A stretch of 64,000 nucleotides of DNA from Squalus acanthias (Eukaryota), in the NCBI GenBank assembly GCA_030390025.1, contig CM059432.1, positions 82,710,001-82,774,000 of the forward strand. Direction: 5' to 3'. The translations under genes and the position numbers were made by a program. Position 1 is the first letter of the stretch. Each line of letters begins with the position of its first letter. The notes under the pieces are model-generated. The model was not told where the DNA came from. It ran no database searches and saw only the letters and a program-made list of their open reading frames with translations. Of this stretch, positions 11,010 through 22,159 are shown piece after piece.

Positions 11010-11577
11010 CGGGAGAGCAAGAGGAGCGGCCGGAGATAAAGGTGGGCCTGTCTTTTAAGACTTTTAGGGGTAAAAATTCACTTGGTTGCGCCTCCCGTTA
11101 GCGCCTTAAGAGGGCGCTAATGGGGCGTTAAGCCGCTAACGCCCGGGCGCAGCGCTGTTTGCGCCGCTCGAGAACTTAACTTGAGATTGTGCGGCGGCGC
11201 TAAAACTTACCGCTGCGACCACCTGCGCGCGCAGATTGTGACGTCATTCCATGGTGCAACGCCCTTGGGGCGCCCCGGAGCGGAAATTGAGTGGCGCCCC
11301 CTGCCTTACCGCCTGGCGCTTCCAACGACCGGAAGACTGGAACGTTATCAATCGGTGTGGGGCTGGGGGGGGCGCTATTTAAAGGGGGCCTCTTCCTGTC
11401 TTTTTCTGTGGTCGACATTTATGCACCACTCGTTCTGAGAGAGAGAGAGAGATTCGGAGAGAGAGAGAGAGAGACTTCTACATTGACTCAACGCTTTGTG
11501 AGGTAGTTTTGCCTATTCATCCTAACTTTGTTGCTACTTTAGTTGCTGTACCTCATTACTTTTCTGGCAAAGAGAAT

Positions 11578-12738
11578 ATGGGGGCTGCAATGATTGGGGG
11601 CGTCGTCCTGCTCCAGCTGAATCGGAGGATAGTGAGATGCAGACAGAGAGTGGCAATGATGGCCAGACGGAGGAGGGCCATCAGGCGCATGTACAGGAGA
11701 GCTTACCCTCCCAGGGTATATCGTGAACAGCTCTCCTACATCCATATGTCCGAGGAGCTGTGTTTGCGAAGGCTGCGATTCAGCAAGGAGGTGGTCACTG
11801 AGCTCTGCCACCTGCTGCAGCCAGATCTGCAGCCTCAGCTGAGGTCCAGGACGTCTCTGTCGGTGGCAGTGAAGGTCACAGTGGCTTTGAACTTCTACGC
11901 CACTGGCTCATTCCAAGCTGCTGTTGGGGACCTCGCCAATATCTCCCAGTTTGCGGTGCATCGCTGCATCCGGCAGGTCACCAATGCCCTCTTCAGAAGG
12001 AGACGAGACTTCATCTCTTTCCCTATGACCCCAGACAAGCAGCGTGACCGTGCTCTGGGCTTTGCGAGGGTAGCGGGCTTCCCCATGGTGCAGGGCGCCA
12101 TTGACTGCATGCATGTGGCTTTGCGTGCTCCGCGAGAGAATGCAGAGGAATTCAGGAACAGAAAGGGGTTCCATTCCTTGAATGTGCAGTTGGTCTGTGA
12201 CCACAGACAGGTGATACTCGCTGTCAATGCCCACTATCCGGGCAGCTGCCACGATGCTTTCATCCTGCGCCAGACTACTGTGGCAGAACTTTTCGAGGCA
12301 CCGCATCAGCCAGTTGGTTGGCTTCTGGGGGACAAGGGGTACGCATTGAGCACCTGGCTGATGACACCGCTCCGTACGCCAAACACCCCTGCTGAGCTGC
12401 GGTACAATGAAAGCCATCAAGCAACCAGGAACATTATTGAGCGCACAATCGGCGTGCTGAAACAACGGTTCCGCTGTCTGGACCATTCCAGAGGAGCCCT
12501 GCAGTACTCGCCTGAGCAAGTTTCGAACTTCGTAGTCGTGTGCTGCATGTTGCACAACATGGCAATCCTCAGGACCCAGCCAATGCCACCAGGCCTTGTA
12601 GCACCACCAGAGGAGGAGGAGGAAGAGGAGGAACAGGACGAGGACGATGATCATCAGCAGCACCAAGGCGGGAGGGCGGCCCACAATGGTCAAACTGCAA
12701 GGGCCGTCCGTCAACGACTAATAGCAAGCCGCTTCTAG
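11578..12738 (+). CDS. Harbinger DDE transposase, 386 aa, intact ORF
   Basis: GAIDCMH, LLGDKGY and IERTIGVLKQRF; same length as the copy A protein. Confidence 0.93.
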   Translation: MGAAMIGGVVLLQLNRRIVRCRQRVAMMARRRRAIRRMYRRAYPPRVYREQLSYIHMSEELCLRRLRFSKEVVTELCHLLQPDLQPQLRSRTSLSVAVKVTVALNFYATGSFQAAVGDLANISQFAVHRCIRQVTNALFRRRRDFISFPMTPDKQRDRALGFARVAGFPMVQGAIDCMHVALRAPRENAEEFRNRKGFHSLNVQLVCDHRQVILAVNAHYPGSCHDAFILRQTTVAELFEAPHQPVGWLLGDKGYALSTWLMTPLRTPNTPAELRYNESHQATRNIIERTIGVLKQRFRCLDHSRGALQYSPEQVSNFVVVCCMLHNMAILRTQPMPPGLVAPPEEEEEEEEQDEDDDHQQHQGGRAAHNGQTARAVRQRLIASRF

Positions 12739-12928
12739 GGCCCCTGCCATTGCTACAAACACTAATCAACCCAGCACGCAACCCCTAAGCCGGCCAAGGC
12801 ACCAATAATTCCAACCACCAGCCATGTATATTTTGAATACAGAAACTTATTTATTTTACAAACTCTGTGTGTGTCAATTCCTCATGATAAACTCATAGAA
12901 ATAAACACAAAAAAACAGTCAATAACAT

Positions 12929-13209
12929 CCAAAAATGTGTGGGTTAGGTTGATTTGGCTATGATAAATTGACCCTTAGTGTTAGGGGGGATTAAATATGT
13001 GGGGTTATGGGGATAGGATGGGATATGTTAGGGGGAATTAAATACGTGGGGTTACGGGGGTAGGGTGGGATATGTGCACTGTGGGGATTAAAGCAGGGAC
13101 AGGGTACTGGATTTGGATGATCAGCCATGATCGTATTGAATGGCGGAGCAGGCTCGACGGGCTGAATGGCCTACTCCTGCTCCTAGATTCTATGTTTCTA
13201 TGTTTCTAT
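12929..13209 (+). mobile_element. 5'-truncated HE1/V-SINE-like SINE inside Harbinger B
   Basis: Absent from copy A (site near 4941). V-domain-like CCAAAAATGTGTGGGTTAGGTTGATTTGGC...AAATTG, a CR1-type 3' end (ATCAGCCATGATC...GGCCTACTCCTGCTCC) and a (TTCTATGT)n tail. Confidence 0.8.
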
Positions 13210-13313
13210 AACTGGTTCTCACAACCTGGAGATAATGTCCAAAACACTAAACAAAAGTTGGACCATGAACCTCGGCCTTTAATAAAAAAATGACCAGCAT
13301 TTTGGCACACCTC

Positions 13314-15244
13314 CTACTTTTTGCCCTTCGAGGGTGATCTCCTTCCCTTGCGCACTTCCCCCCTTCTAACCCTACTGCTCCTCCGTAATGGGACCTCAGT
13401 GGCTGCAGCAAGGCTGGTGGAAGGCTGCTGCTCGTCAGACCCTGACACTGCAGATGCCCCTGAAGGACGGCCTCGACCACTTCTGGGCCTGGAGGGCCCG
13501 GCTGCAGACTGCACCAACTCTGCATGGGCGGCAGCAGTCTGTCCTACAGGCAGTGGCAAGTGCAGTGGAGAAGTGACAGTGTTGGCAGCAGGAATGCTGT
13601 CATCGTGAGAGAGGACAGCAACTCCCTGCTCGCCCGACACACTGGCACTCCCACGGGGCAGCACTTCAGCATCCGGAGCAATTTGCCGGAGAACAGATTG
13701 CTGGCCTGCTGCGGCGCGGTGATAGCCCCGGGGACATGTGCACGAACCATCGAGGATGGCAGCAGTCAGTGCTCGCGTGGCCTCAATCTGAGTCTGCATG
13801 AGAGCAGTCTCAGATGGGTTCCTGGCAGCCAGTGACTGAATTGCAGCACTAAGCTTTAGTGTGGCATCCGCCTGTGCTACAGCGAAGTGCTCCACACTCC
13901 TTGCCAGTGACTCAATGCATTCGGGCACCCTTCCCACTGCACCCATGAGCTCAGTGTGCATGCCCACCGCCTGGCTGTTCATTTCTGCAATCAGCCGCTC
14001 CTCCTCTGCGTCCATTGCAGTAGGAGTGTCTGGCATACTCTCCCTCTGGGGAGAAGGCTCCCGTTCTTCCCTCCCCGCCCCATGGCGTTGCTGCAGCCCG
14101 CTGGGTCCTGGAGCTTCACCATCATCAGCCCCTTACCCCCTGCTCCCCTCCGGGGAAGGCGTGTTCCCAGTGTGGGCATGGGCTTCCTCGGGAGAGGGTG
14201 GCACTGATGCTCCGGCTTCCTCTTCCTCCTCAGCTGCAGCATCACTCCCAGTGGCAGCTTCAGGGCCCGTCTCCTCAGCTGGTGAATCACCATCTGAAAG
14301 CAGGGAGGTACAAGAGTGGCTTTAGCGTGAGGACAGGGTGGCAGTAAGGGAGGAATAAGTGCAGCGAGTTAGCAAGTTGGATTGAAAGTGTCAAAGGCTG
14401 GTATTGTGAGGGACAAGTGGAAGGACAGACGACAAAAAGGTGATGACCTTACCATTGCTGTCCACAACGGGGTCGGCGTCTCCAGTGGCGACGGGACCGT
14501 TCACCCGGCTTGCCACAATCCTGTGGACGCGCTCCTCCAGATCGCTGAGGGGTTGCAGCTGAAGCCGCCCTCCACCCGTCCGTTGCTGCTGTCTCCGATT
14601 ATGAGCCAGCTTAGCCTGCAAGAAAAAGGACAGCATCTGAGTAAATATACAGCCATGGTCTTGCCTGATGTGCCTCCCATAGGTGAATAGCCCTTACAAT
14701 ATACAGCCATGGTCTTGCCTGATGTGCCTCCCATAGGTGAATAGCCCTTACTGTATACAGCCATGGTCTTGCCTGATGTGCCTCCCATAGGTGAATAGCC
14801 CTTACTGTATACAGCCATGGTCTTGCCTGATGTGCCTCCCATAGGTGAATAGCCCTTACTGTATGCAAAGTGTGGAATGTGTGTGTGTGTTTCATGAAAG
14901 GGCCATAGGTGTTGCATGAGTGTTGTGCATTGGGGTTTTAAGACCCTCTGGCCATAGAGTGAGGTTGAGATGGAGGGATGGAGAGGTATTGAGAAAAAGC
15001 CACTCACCCTGACGACCCGAGTGAGGTCGTTGAACTTTTTGCGGCATTGAACATGGGTCCTGGGCACCATGCTCCTGGAGGAGACGCTCTGAGCCACCTC
15101 CCTCCACACTCTTCTGAACTCGCGTGGCAAAGGCCTCCTGCCACTCTCCGGGAACAGCATGCATCGTCTGCGCTCCACTGCGTCAACCAGAGCATCCAAG
15201 GCCCGCTCGGTGAAGCGATGAGCGCGTTCTCTCACCCTCTCCAT
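13314..15244 (-). pseudogene. Harbinger Myb/SANT-like partner gene; exons 15244-15008, 14615-14453, 14293-13314
   Basis: Intact ATG and Myb/SANT exon (MERVRERAHRFTERAL...QCRKKFNDL). Premature TAA at 14135-14133, where copy A has GAA. Confidence 0.85.
14647..14862. repeat. 54-bp tandem repeat x4 in Myb gene intron 1
   Basis: Same unit as 6376-6483; four near-identical copies. Confidence 0.95.
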
Positions 15245-15654
15245 GCTTGGCAGCAAAATGGATTACAGGTCTCTCCAGGCTGAGATTCAAGGCTGCAATG
15301 AGCAGGGTGTGGCTGGGGAGCAAGTGGCCCCCCCCGCTTTAAGAAGTGTCCGGCGCCATTGTGTCTGTGTTCCCTCGCTAACTGGCAGCAGCTGCGCTGC
15401 GCTCGTGCACTGAGTTAGCGCCTCACTCCTAGGCCTTTGCGCCTTAAGAGAGGTGTGCAGCGCCTAATTTAGCGCTCCACTCACCTCCCGGGGCGGTAAA
15501 AGTGAAGTTTCCTGTCAGTGCCGATAATTAGCGCCAGGCGCTAATATTTGCGTCCGGACGATATTTGCTCCCCAAATGGGGCGCGACCTAATTTCTACCC
15601 CTTAGTCTTAAGTTTATTTCTGTTAAGTTAGTTAATAGTCTATTAAATAAAGGC

Positions 15655-16564
15655 ACGGCAGAGCACCTCAGTCCCGTGGAATGCACATCTTATGCCATGT
15701 GGGAACTCCAGGATGCTTCCCGTGTCCTGGACACCCATGTGTGCAGGAGGTATCGTCAGCTGGAGGAGCTCAAGCTCCAGGTTTTGGAGCTTGATTTGCA
15801 GCTGGCGTCACTGCAGTGCATCCGTGAGACTGAGAGCTACGTGGATAGCATGTTTCAGGAGGTGGTCACTCCACAGCGTAAGAGTGTGCAGGCAGAGAGG
15901 GACTGGGTGACTGCCAAACAGACAAGGAGGACCAGGCAGGTAGTGCAGGAATCCCCTGAGTGCATCTCACTCTCTAACCGGTGAATACTGGTGAGGGCGA
16001 TGGTTCCTCTGGGGAGTACAGCCAGAGGCAAGTCCACAGCACCAAGGGTGGCTCAGTGACACAAGGGGGGAGGAGGAAGATCGGGAAAGCAATAGTGATA
16101 GGGGATTCAATAGTTAGCATGATTCCAGGATGGTATATTGCCTCCCTGGTGCCAGGGTCAAGGATGTCACTAAGCGGCTGCAGAACATTCTGAAGGGGGA
16201 GGGTGAACAGCCAGAGGTCGTGGTCCATATCGTTATCAACAACATAGGTAGAAAGAGGGATGAGGTCTTACAGGCAGATTTCAGGGAGCTAAGAAAGAAA
16301 TTAAAAAGCAGGACATCAAAGGTAGTAATCTCCGGATTACTCCTAGAGCCACGCGTGAGTGAGTACAGAAATAGGAGGATAGAGCAGATGAATGCGTGGC
16401 TGAAGAGATGGTGCAGGAGGGAGTGCTTTAGATTCCTGGGACATTGGGACCGGTTCTGAGGGAGGTGGGACTTGTACAGGCCGGATGGGTTGCACCTCAA
16501 CAGAGCCGGGACAAATATCCTCGTGGGGGGATTTACTAGTGATGTTGGGGAGGGTTTAAACTAA
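15655..16564 (+). pseudogene. CR1 ORF1 (Cys-rich/leucine-zipper N-terminus plus SGNH esterase), disrupted
   Basis: VECTSxAMWE...LELxLASL, IVIGDS, CLPGARVKDV, VVVHIxxNxI and DGLHLN motifs. Confidence 0.85.
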
Positions 16565-17196
16565 TTTGGCTGGGGGATGGGCACCAGGATGTAGCATTAG
16601 AAAGGAGAAACAAGGTGCACAAAGGATTGGGAGAAACAGATAACACTAGAGTAAGAAATAGTACGGTATTAGGTGGGGTCAGACTAAGAGAGAATACAAG
16701 AAGGTACATGTCACACAAAGTATAGTAAATAAGGTTGTAGAGCTACAGGTGCAAATAGCCACATGGGAATATGATGTCATAGTAATGACGGAGATCTGGC
16801 TCAAAAAAGGATAGAATTGGGTACTAAATATTCCTGGATATAAGGTGTTCAGAAAAGATAGGGAAGGAGAGAAAGGAGGTGGGGTTGCAGTATTGATTAA
16901 GTGGAATATTACAGTGCTGGAGAGAGAGGATGTCCTGGAAGGGTCAAGGACAGAATCTATTTGGTTAGAGTTAAGAAACAATAGAGGTGCCATTACACTA
17001 GTAGATGTATTCTATACACCACCCCAACTAGTGGGAAGGATATAGAGGAGCAAATTTGCAGGGAAATTACAGAGAGGTGCAAGAACTATGGAGTAGTGTG
17101 AGAAGTCGCACAACACCAGGTTATAGTCCAACAGTTTTATTTGAAATCACAAGCTTTCGGAGCGCTGCTCCTTCGTTCAAGAACTATAGAGTAGTG

Positions 17197-17393
17197 TGAG
17201 AAGTCGCACAACACCAGGTTATAGTCCAACAGTTTTATTTGAAATCACAAGCTTTCGGAGCGCTGCTCCTTCGTCAGGTGAAGGAGCAGCGCTCCGAAAG
17301 CTTGTGATTTCAAATAAAACTGTTGGACTATAACCTGGTGTTGTGCGACTTCTCACATTTGCCCACTCCAGTCCAACACCGGCATCTCCACAT
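17197..17393. mobile_element. PLE-derived fold-back element with a hammerhead; preceded by a 98-bp tandem duplication (17080-17177)
   Basis: Perfect inverted arms of about 78 bp (17195-17273 / 17280-17357). TSD TATAGAGTAGTG at 17185-17196 and 17394-17405. Confidence 0.8.
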
Positions 17394-19812
17394 TATAGAG
17401 TAGTGATAATGGGTGACTTCAATTATCCTAATATAGACTGGGATAATAATAGTGTAAAGGGCAGAGAGGGGGAAGAATTTCTGAAGTGTGTTCAGGAGAA
17501 CTTTCTTGATCAGTACGTTTCTGGCCCAACAAGGAAGGAGTCATTGCTGGATCTGGTTCTGGCAAATGAGGTGGGTCAAGTGGAGCAAGAGTCAGTAGGG
17601 GAACATTTAGGGAACAATGATCATAGTATCATAAGGTTTAGATTAGCTACAGATCTGGGTAGATTGGAATCAAAGATTGGCAGGCAAAACTGTAATCAAA
17701 CAATGGGCTGCCTTTAAAGAGGAGATGGTTCGGGTACCGTCAAGGTACATTCCCACGAGGGGGAAAGGTAGGGCAACCAAAGTCAGAGCTCCCTGGATGA
17801 CGAAAGAGATAGAGAATAAGATGAAGCAGAAAAAGGGGGCGTATGACAGATATCAGGTTGAGAACACAAGTGAGAACTAGGTTGAATATAGGAAGTTCAG
17901 AGGGGAAGTAAAATAGGAAATAAGAGGGGCAAAGAGAGAGTATGAGAATAGATTGCCAGCTAACATAAAAGGGAATCCAAAAGTTTTCTATAGGCATATA
18001 TATAGTAAACGGGTAGTAAGATGAGGGGTGGGGCTGATTAGGGACCAAAAAGGAGACCTACGCATGGAGGCAGAGGGCATGGTTGAGGTACTAAATGAGT
18101 ACTTTGCATCTGTCTTCACCAAGGAAGAAGATGCTGCAAAAGTCATAGTAAAAGAGGAGGTAATTGAGATACTGGATGGGATAAAAAAATTGATGAAGAG
18201 GAGGTACTAGAAAGGCTGGCTGTACTTAAAGTAGATAAGTCACCAGGACCGATGATATGCATCTTAGGATGCTGAGGGAGGTTAAGGAAGAAATCGCGGA
18301 GGTACTGGCCATAATCTTCCAATCCTCCTTAGATATGGGGGTGGTGCCAGAGGACTAGAGAATTGCAAATGTTACACCCTTGTTCAAAAAAGGGTGTAAG
18401 GATAAACCCAGCAACTACAGGCCAGTCAGTTTAACCTCGGTAGTAGGGAAGCTTTTAGAAATGATAATCAGGGACAAAATTAACAGTCACTTGGACAAGT
18501 GTGGATTAATTAAGGAAAGCCGGCACGGATTTGTTAAAGGCAAATCGTGTTTATCTAACTTGATTGAGTTTTTTGATGAGGTAACAGAGAGGGATGATGA
18601 GGCGATGCGGATGACGTGGTGTACATGGATTTCCAAAAGTTGTTTGATAAAGTGCCACATAATAGGCTTACCAGCAAAGTTGAAGCCCGTGGAATAAAAG
18701 GGACAGAGGCAGCATGGATACAAAATTGGCTAAGTGACAGGAAACAGAGAGTAGTGGTGAACGGTTTTTTCTCGGACTGGAAGAAGGTTTAAAGTGGTGT
18801 TTCCCAGGGGTCGGTGTTAGGACCACTGCTTTTCTTGATATATATTAATGACTTGGACTTGGGTGTACAGGGCACAATTTCAAAATTTGCATATGACACA
18901 AATCTTGGAGTATAGTGAACAGTAAGGAGGATAGTGATCATCTTCAAGAGGACATAGACAGGCTGGTGGAATGGGCGGACACGTGGCAGATGAAATTTAA
19001 CACAGAAAAGTACAAAGTGGTAGGAAGAATGAGGAGCGGCAATATAAACTATTGGGTACAATTCTAAAGGGGTTGCGTGAACAGAGAGACATGGGGGTAT
19101 ATGTGCACAAATTGTTGAAGGTGGCAGAGCAGGTTGAGAAAGCGGTTAATAAAGCATACGGGTTCCTGGGCTTCATAAATAGATGCATAGAGTACAAAAG
19201 CAAGGAAGTTATGATGAACCTTTATTAAACACTGGTTTGGCCTCAACTGGGGTATTGTGTCCAATTCTGGGTACCGCACTTCAGGAAGGATGTGAAGTCC
19301 TTAGAGAGGGTACAGAAAAGATTTACAAGAATGGTTCCCGGGATGAGGGACTTCAGTTATGTGGAGAGACTGGAGAAGCTGGGGTTGTTCTCCTTAGAGC
19401 TGAGAAGATTGAGAGGAGATTTGATAGAGGTGTTCAAAATGATAAGGGGTCCAGACAGAGTAGATAGAGAGAAACTGTTCCCATTGGCGGAAGGGTCGAG
19501 AACCAGAGGACACAGATTTAAGGTGATTGGCAGAAGAACCAAAGGCGACATGAGGAAAAACTTTTTTACGCAGTGAGTGGTTAGGATCTGGAATGCATTG
19601 CCTGAGAGGGTGGTGAAGGTAGATTCAATCATGGCTTTCAAAAGGGAATTGGATAAGTACCTGAAGAAAAAAATTTGCAGGGCTACGGGGAAATGGCGGG
19701 GGAGTGGGACTAGCTGAAGTGCTCTTGCAGAGAGCCGACACGGGCTCAACGGGCCGAATGGCCTCCTTCAGTGCTGTAACCACTCTATGATTCTATTCTA
19801 TGATTCTATGAT

Positions 19813-20472
19813 TTGTGTACATACACTCCCAGGTCTCTCTGTTCTTGCACCCCGTTTAAAATTGTACCATTAATTTATATTGCCTCTCCTCATTCTTTCT
19901 ACCGAAATGTATCACATCACACTTCTCTGCGTTAAATTTCATCTGCCATGTGTCTGCCCATTTTACCAGTCTGCCTAAGTCCTCCTGAAGTTTGTTGTTA
20001 TCCTCCTCATTGTACTACATTTCTGAGTTTCGTATCATCTGCAAACTTTGAAATTATGCGTTGTATACCCAAGTCCAGGTCATTAATATACATTAAAAAG
20101 AGCAGTGGTCCTAATACTGACCCCTGGGGAACACCACTGTATATTTCCCTCCAGTCTGAATATCAACCGTTCACCACTACTCTCTGCTTTCTGTCCCTTA
20201 GCCAATGTATCCATGCTGCTACTGCCCCTTTAATCCCATGGGCGATAATTTTACTAACAACTCTATTATGTGGCACTTTATCAAATACCTTTTGAAAGTC
20301 CTTATACACAACATCAACTGCACTACATTCATCAACCCTCTCCGTTACTTCATGAAAAAACTCAATCATGTTTGTCAAACACGATTTGCCTTTAACAAAT
20401 CCGTGCTGACTTTCATTTAGTAGTCCATACTTTTCCAAGTGCCAATTAATTTTGTCCCGGATTACTGTCTGC
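19813..20472 (-). mobile_element. CR1 RT fragment (5' part of the 10584-11009 element)
   Basis: ORF 20163-20474 carries SQHGFVKGKSCLTN and DFQKVFDKVPH. Confidence 0.85.
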
Positions 20473-20474
20473 AC

Positions 20475-21078
20475 CGTTACCTCTGGAGTCCCCTAATGAT
20501 CTTTCCTTGGCCCCCTCCTATTTCTCATCTACATGCTGCCACTCTGTGACAACATCTAAAAATACGACATTTGATTCCACCTATACGCTGAGGACACCCA
20601 GCTCTATCTCACTACTACCTCTCTCGACCCCTCCACTGCCTACAGTTTGTCACGCTACTTCTCTGACATCCAGTATTGGATAAGCAGACATTTCCTCCAA
20701 TGAAATATTGGGAAGACCGAAGCCATTGTCTTCAGCCCCCGCCACAAATTCCATTCAGTAGCCACCGATTTCATCCACCTCCCTGGTCACTGTCTGAGGC
20801 TGAACCAGATTGTTCGCAACCTCGGCATCCTATTTGAACCTGAGCTAAGCTTACAACCCCATATCCTCTCCTTCACCAAAGCCACCTACTTCCACCTATG
20901 TAATATCGCCTGTCTCTACCCCTGCCTCAGCCCATCTGCTGCTGAACCCATATCCCCACTGTTGACCGTTGTGCCTTCAACTGTCCAGGCCCTAAGCTCT
21001 GGAATTTCCTCCCTAAACCTATCAGCCTTTCCACCTCTTTCTCCACCTTTAAGACACTCCTTAAAACCTACCTTTTGA
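20475..21078 (+). mobile_element. L2-like LINE fragment
   Basis: [16 protein letters not shown] and HLYAEDTQLY; L2-like 3' end (TTTAAGACACTCCTTAAAACCTACC). Confidence 0.7.
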
Positions 21079-22159
21079 GCTGAAGTTCCACTAACATTGT
21101 TACAATCACAGCAATTTATTGGAAAAGATGACTGCAGTAATTACTGGTGATTTCCCTGATAAATTCATCATTAATGAGAGATGTCAGCTTTCCACCAAAG
21201 CCAATGTATCACAAGCCTAAAGACATTTTGTTATTTACACTGTAATTATTACCTGCAAGATATATGAGTATGGCTCTCACTTGTTGTATTGATTATATCT
21301 AAAACATCAAAACAAAAATGAATATGTTCTATCAGCATAATTTAAATGTTGACTTAGTTGTTCCTTGGTAATTTACCCTGATTTATATTTTGAACATGGG
21401 CAGAAGAAAATGTAGGTTCTCTATCTTCCTTCTGCCCTCTCCTAGACCCCTCCAACTATCTAACATGCAGTCTTTTCCCTTAATTACCTTTTTTCATGGT
21501 TTGAGAGCCTTGATGACTTGATTAAGCCTTGCATGCAGTTCCAGTCCCTACCCATCTGATTCATTATCCCAGACCTTATTAACTTCCTAATTCTGATCAA
21601 TGGAGCACTGATGCTGAACACTGCAAGGGCAAAATAAGGATAGTTTTTTATATAAGTAAACATCGGTAGTGAAAGTTGTGAGGATCACATGGGTTTTCTA
21701 AGGGAACATATATGCCAAACAAAACAAAAATATTTTAATTCACAAATCAAAAGTAGGTTCATGTTTTATGATAGTAAGAATATTAATTTTCCCTTTTATT
21801 CCTTCCTGAAAGTCCTCTTTAAATAATCTTTTATTTGCATTAAAGAAACAATTGAAGCTTTACAAAGTAAAAAAGAAAAATGTTCACACTTGCCATGTCT
21901 TTGCTTCGGTATAACACATGCCCTTTCAAAATACTACTTTGATACACAGTGAGCTCTGCTTTAGTGCACATATACTTCATGCATGCTACCCAGAGATGGT
22001 TTAAGAAGAGATGAACTATATTTAGTAGAGAGAAGATATATTGTCTATTACTATTTGGAGTGAAATGTACATAGTCAGCAGACGTGTCTTCATTCTAAGT
22101 AAAGTAATTTAATTAGAAGGAAAAGTTGTATTTATGTGCACAAAATTGTTTTAAAGATA

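Larger units (their letters stand above)
11067..15601 (+). mobile_element. Autonomous-type PIF/Harbinger DNA transposon, copy B
   Basis: TIRs GGGGTAAAAATT / AATTTCTACCCC. TSD TTA at 11064-11066 and 15602-15604. Colinear with copy A. Confidence 0.95.
11010..19812 (+). mobile_element. Near full-length decayed CR1 LINE (5' UTR, ORF1, ORF2, tail); hosts Harbinger B and a PLE fold-back
   Basis: ORF1 at 15655-16564. ORF2 endonuclease (GGGVA, MGDFN, LDLVL) and RT fragments at 16650-19690. (ATTCTATG)n tail at 19786-19812. Confidence 0.9.

Noticed and set aside
11908..12714. Long antisense ORFs over the transposase (also 3904-4551) and over Myb exon 3
   Set aside because: These are shadow frames of GC-rich coding DNA with no recognisable motifs, and their lengths differ between copies.
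14647..14862. CRISPR-like array (also 6376-6483 and 49169-49393)
   Set aside because: The units abut with no unique spacers, there are no cas genes, and the context is eukaryotic.
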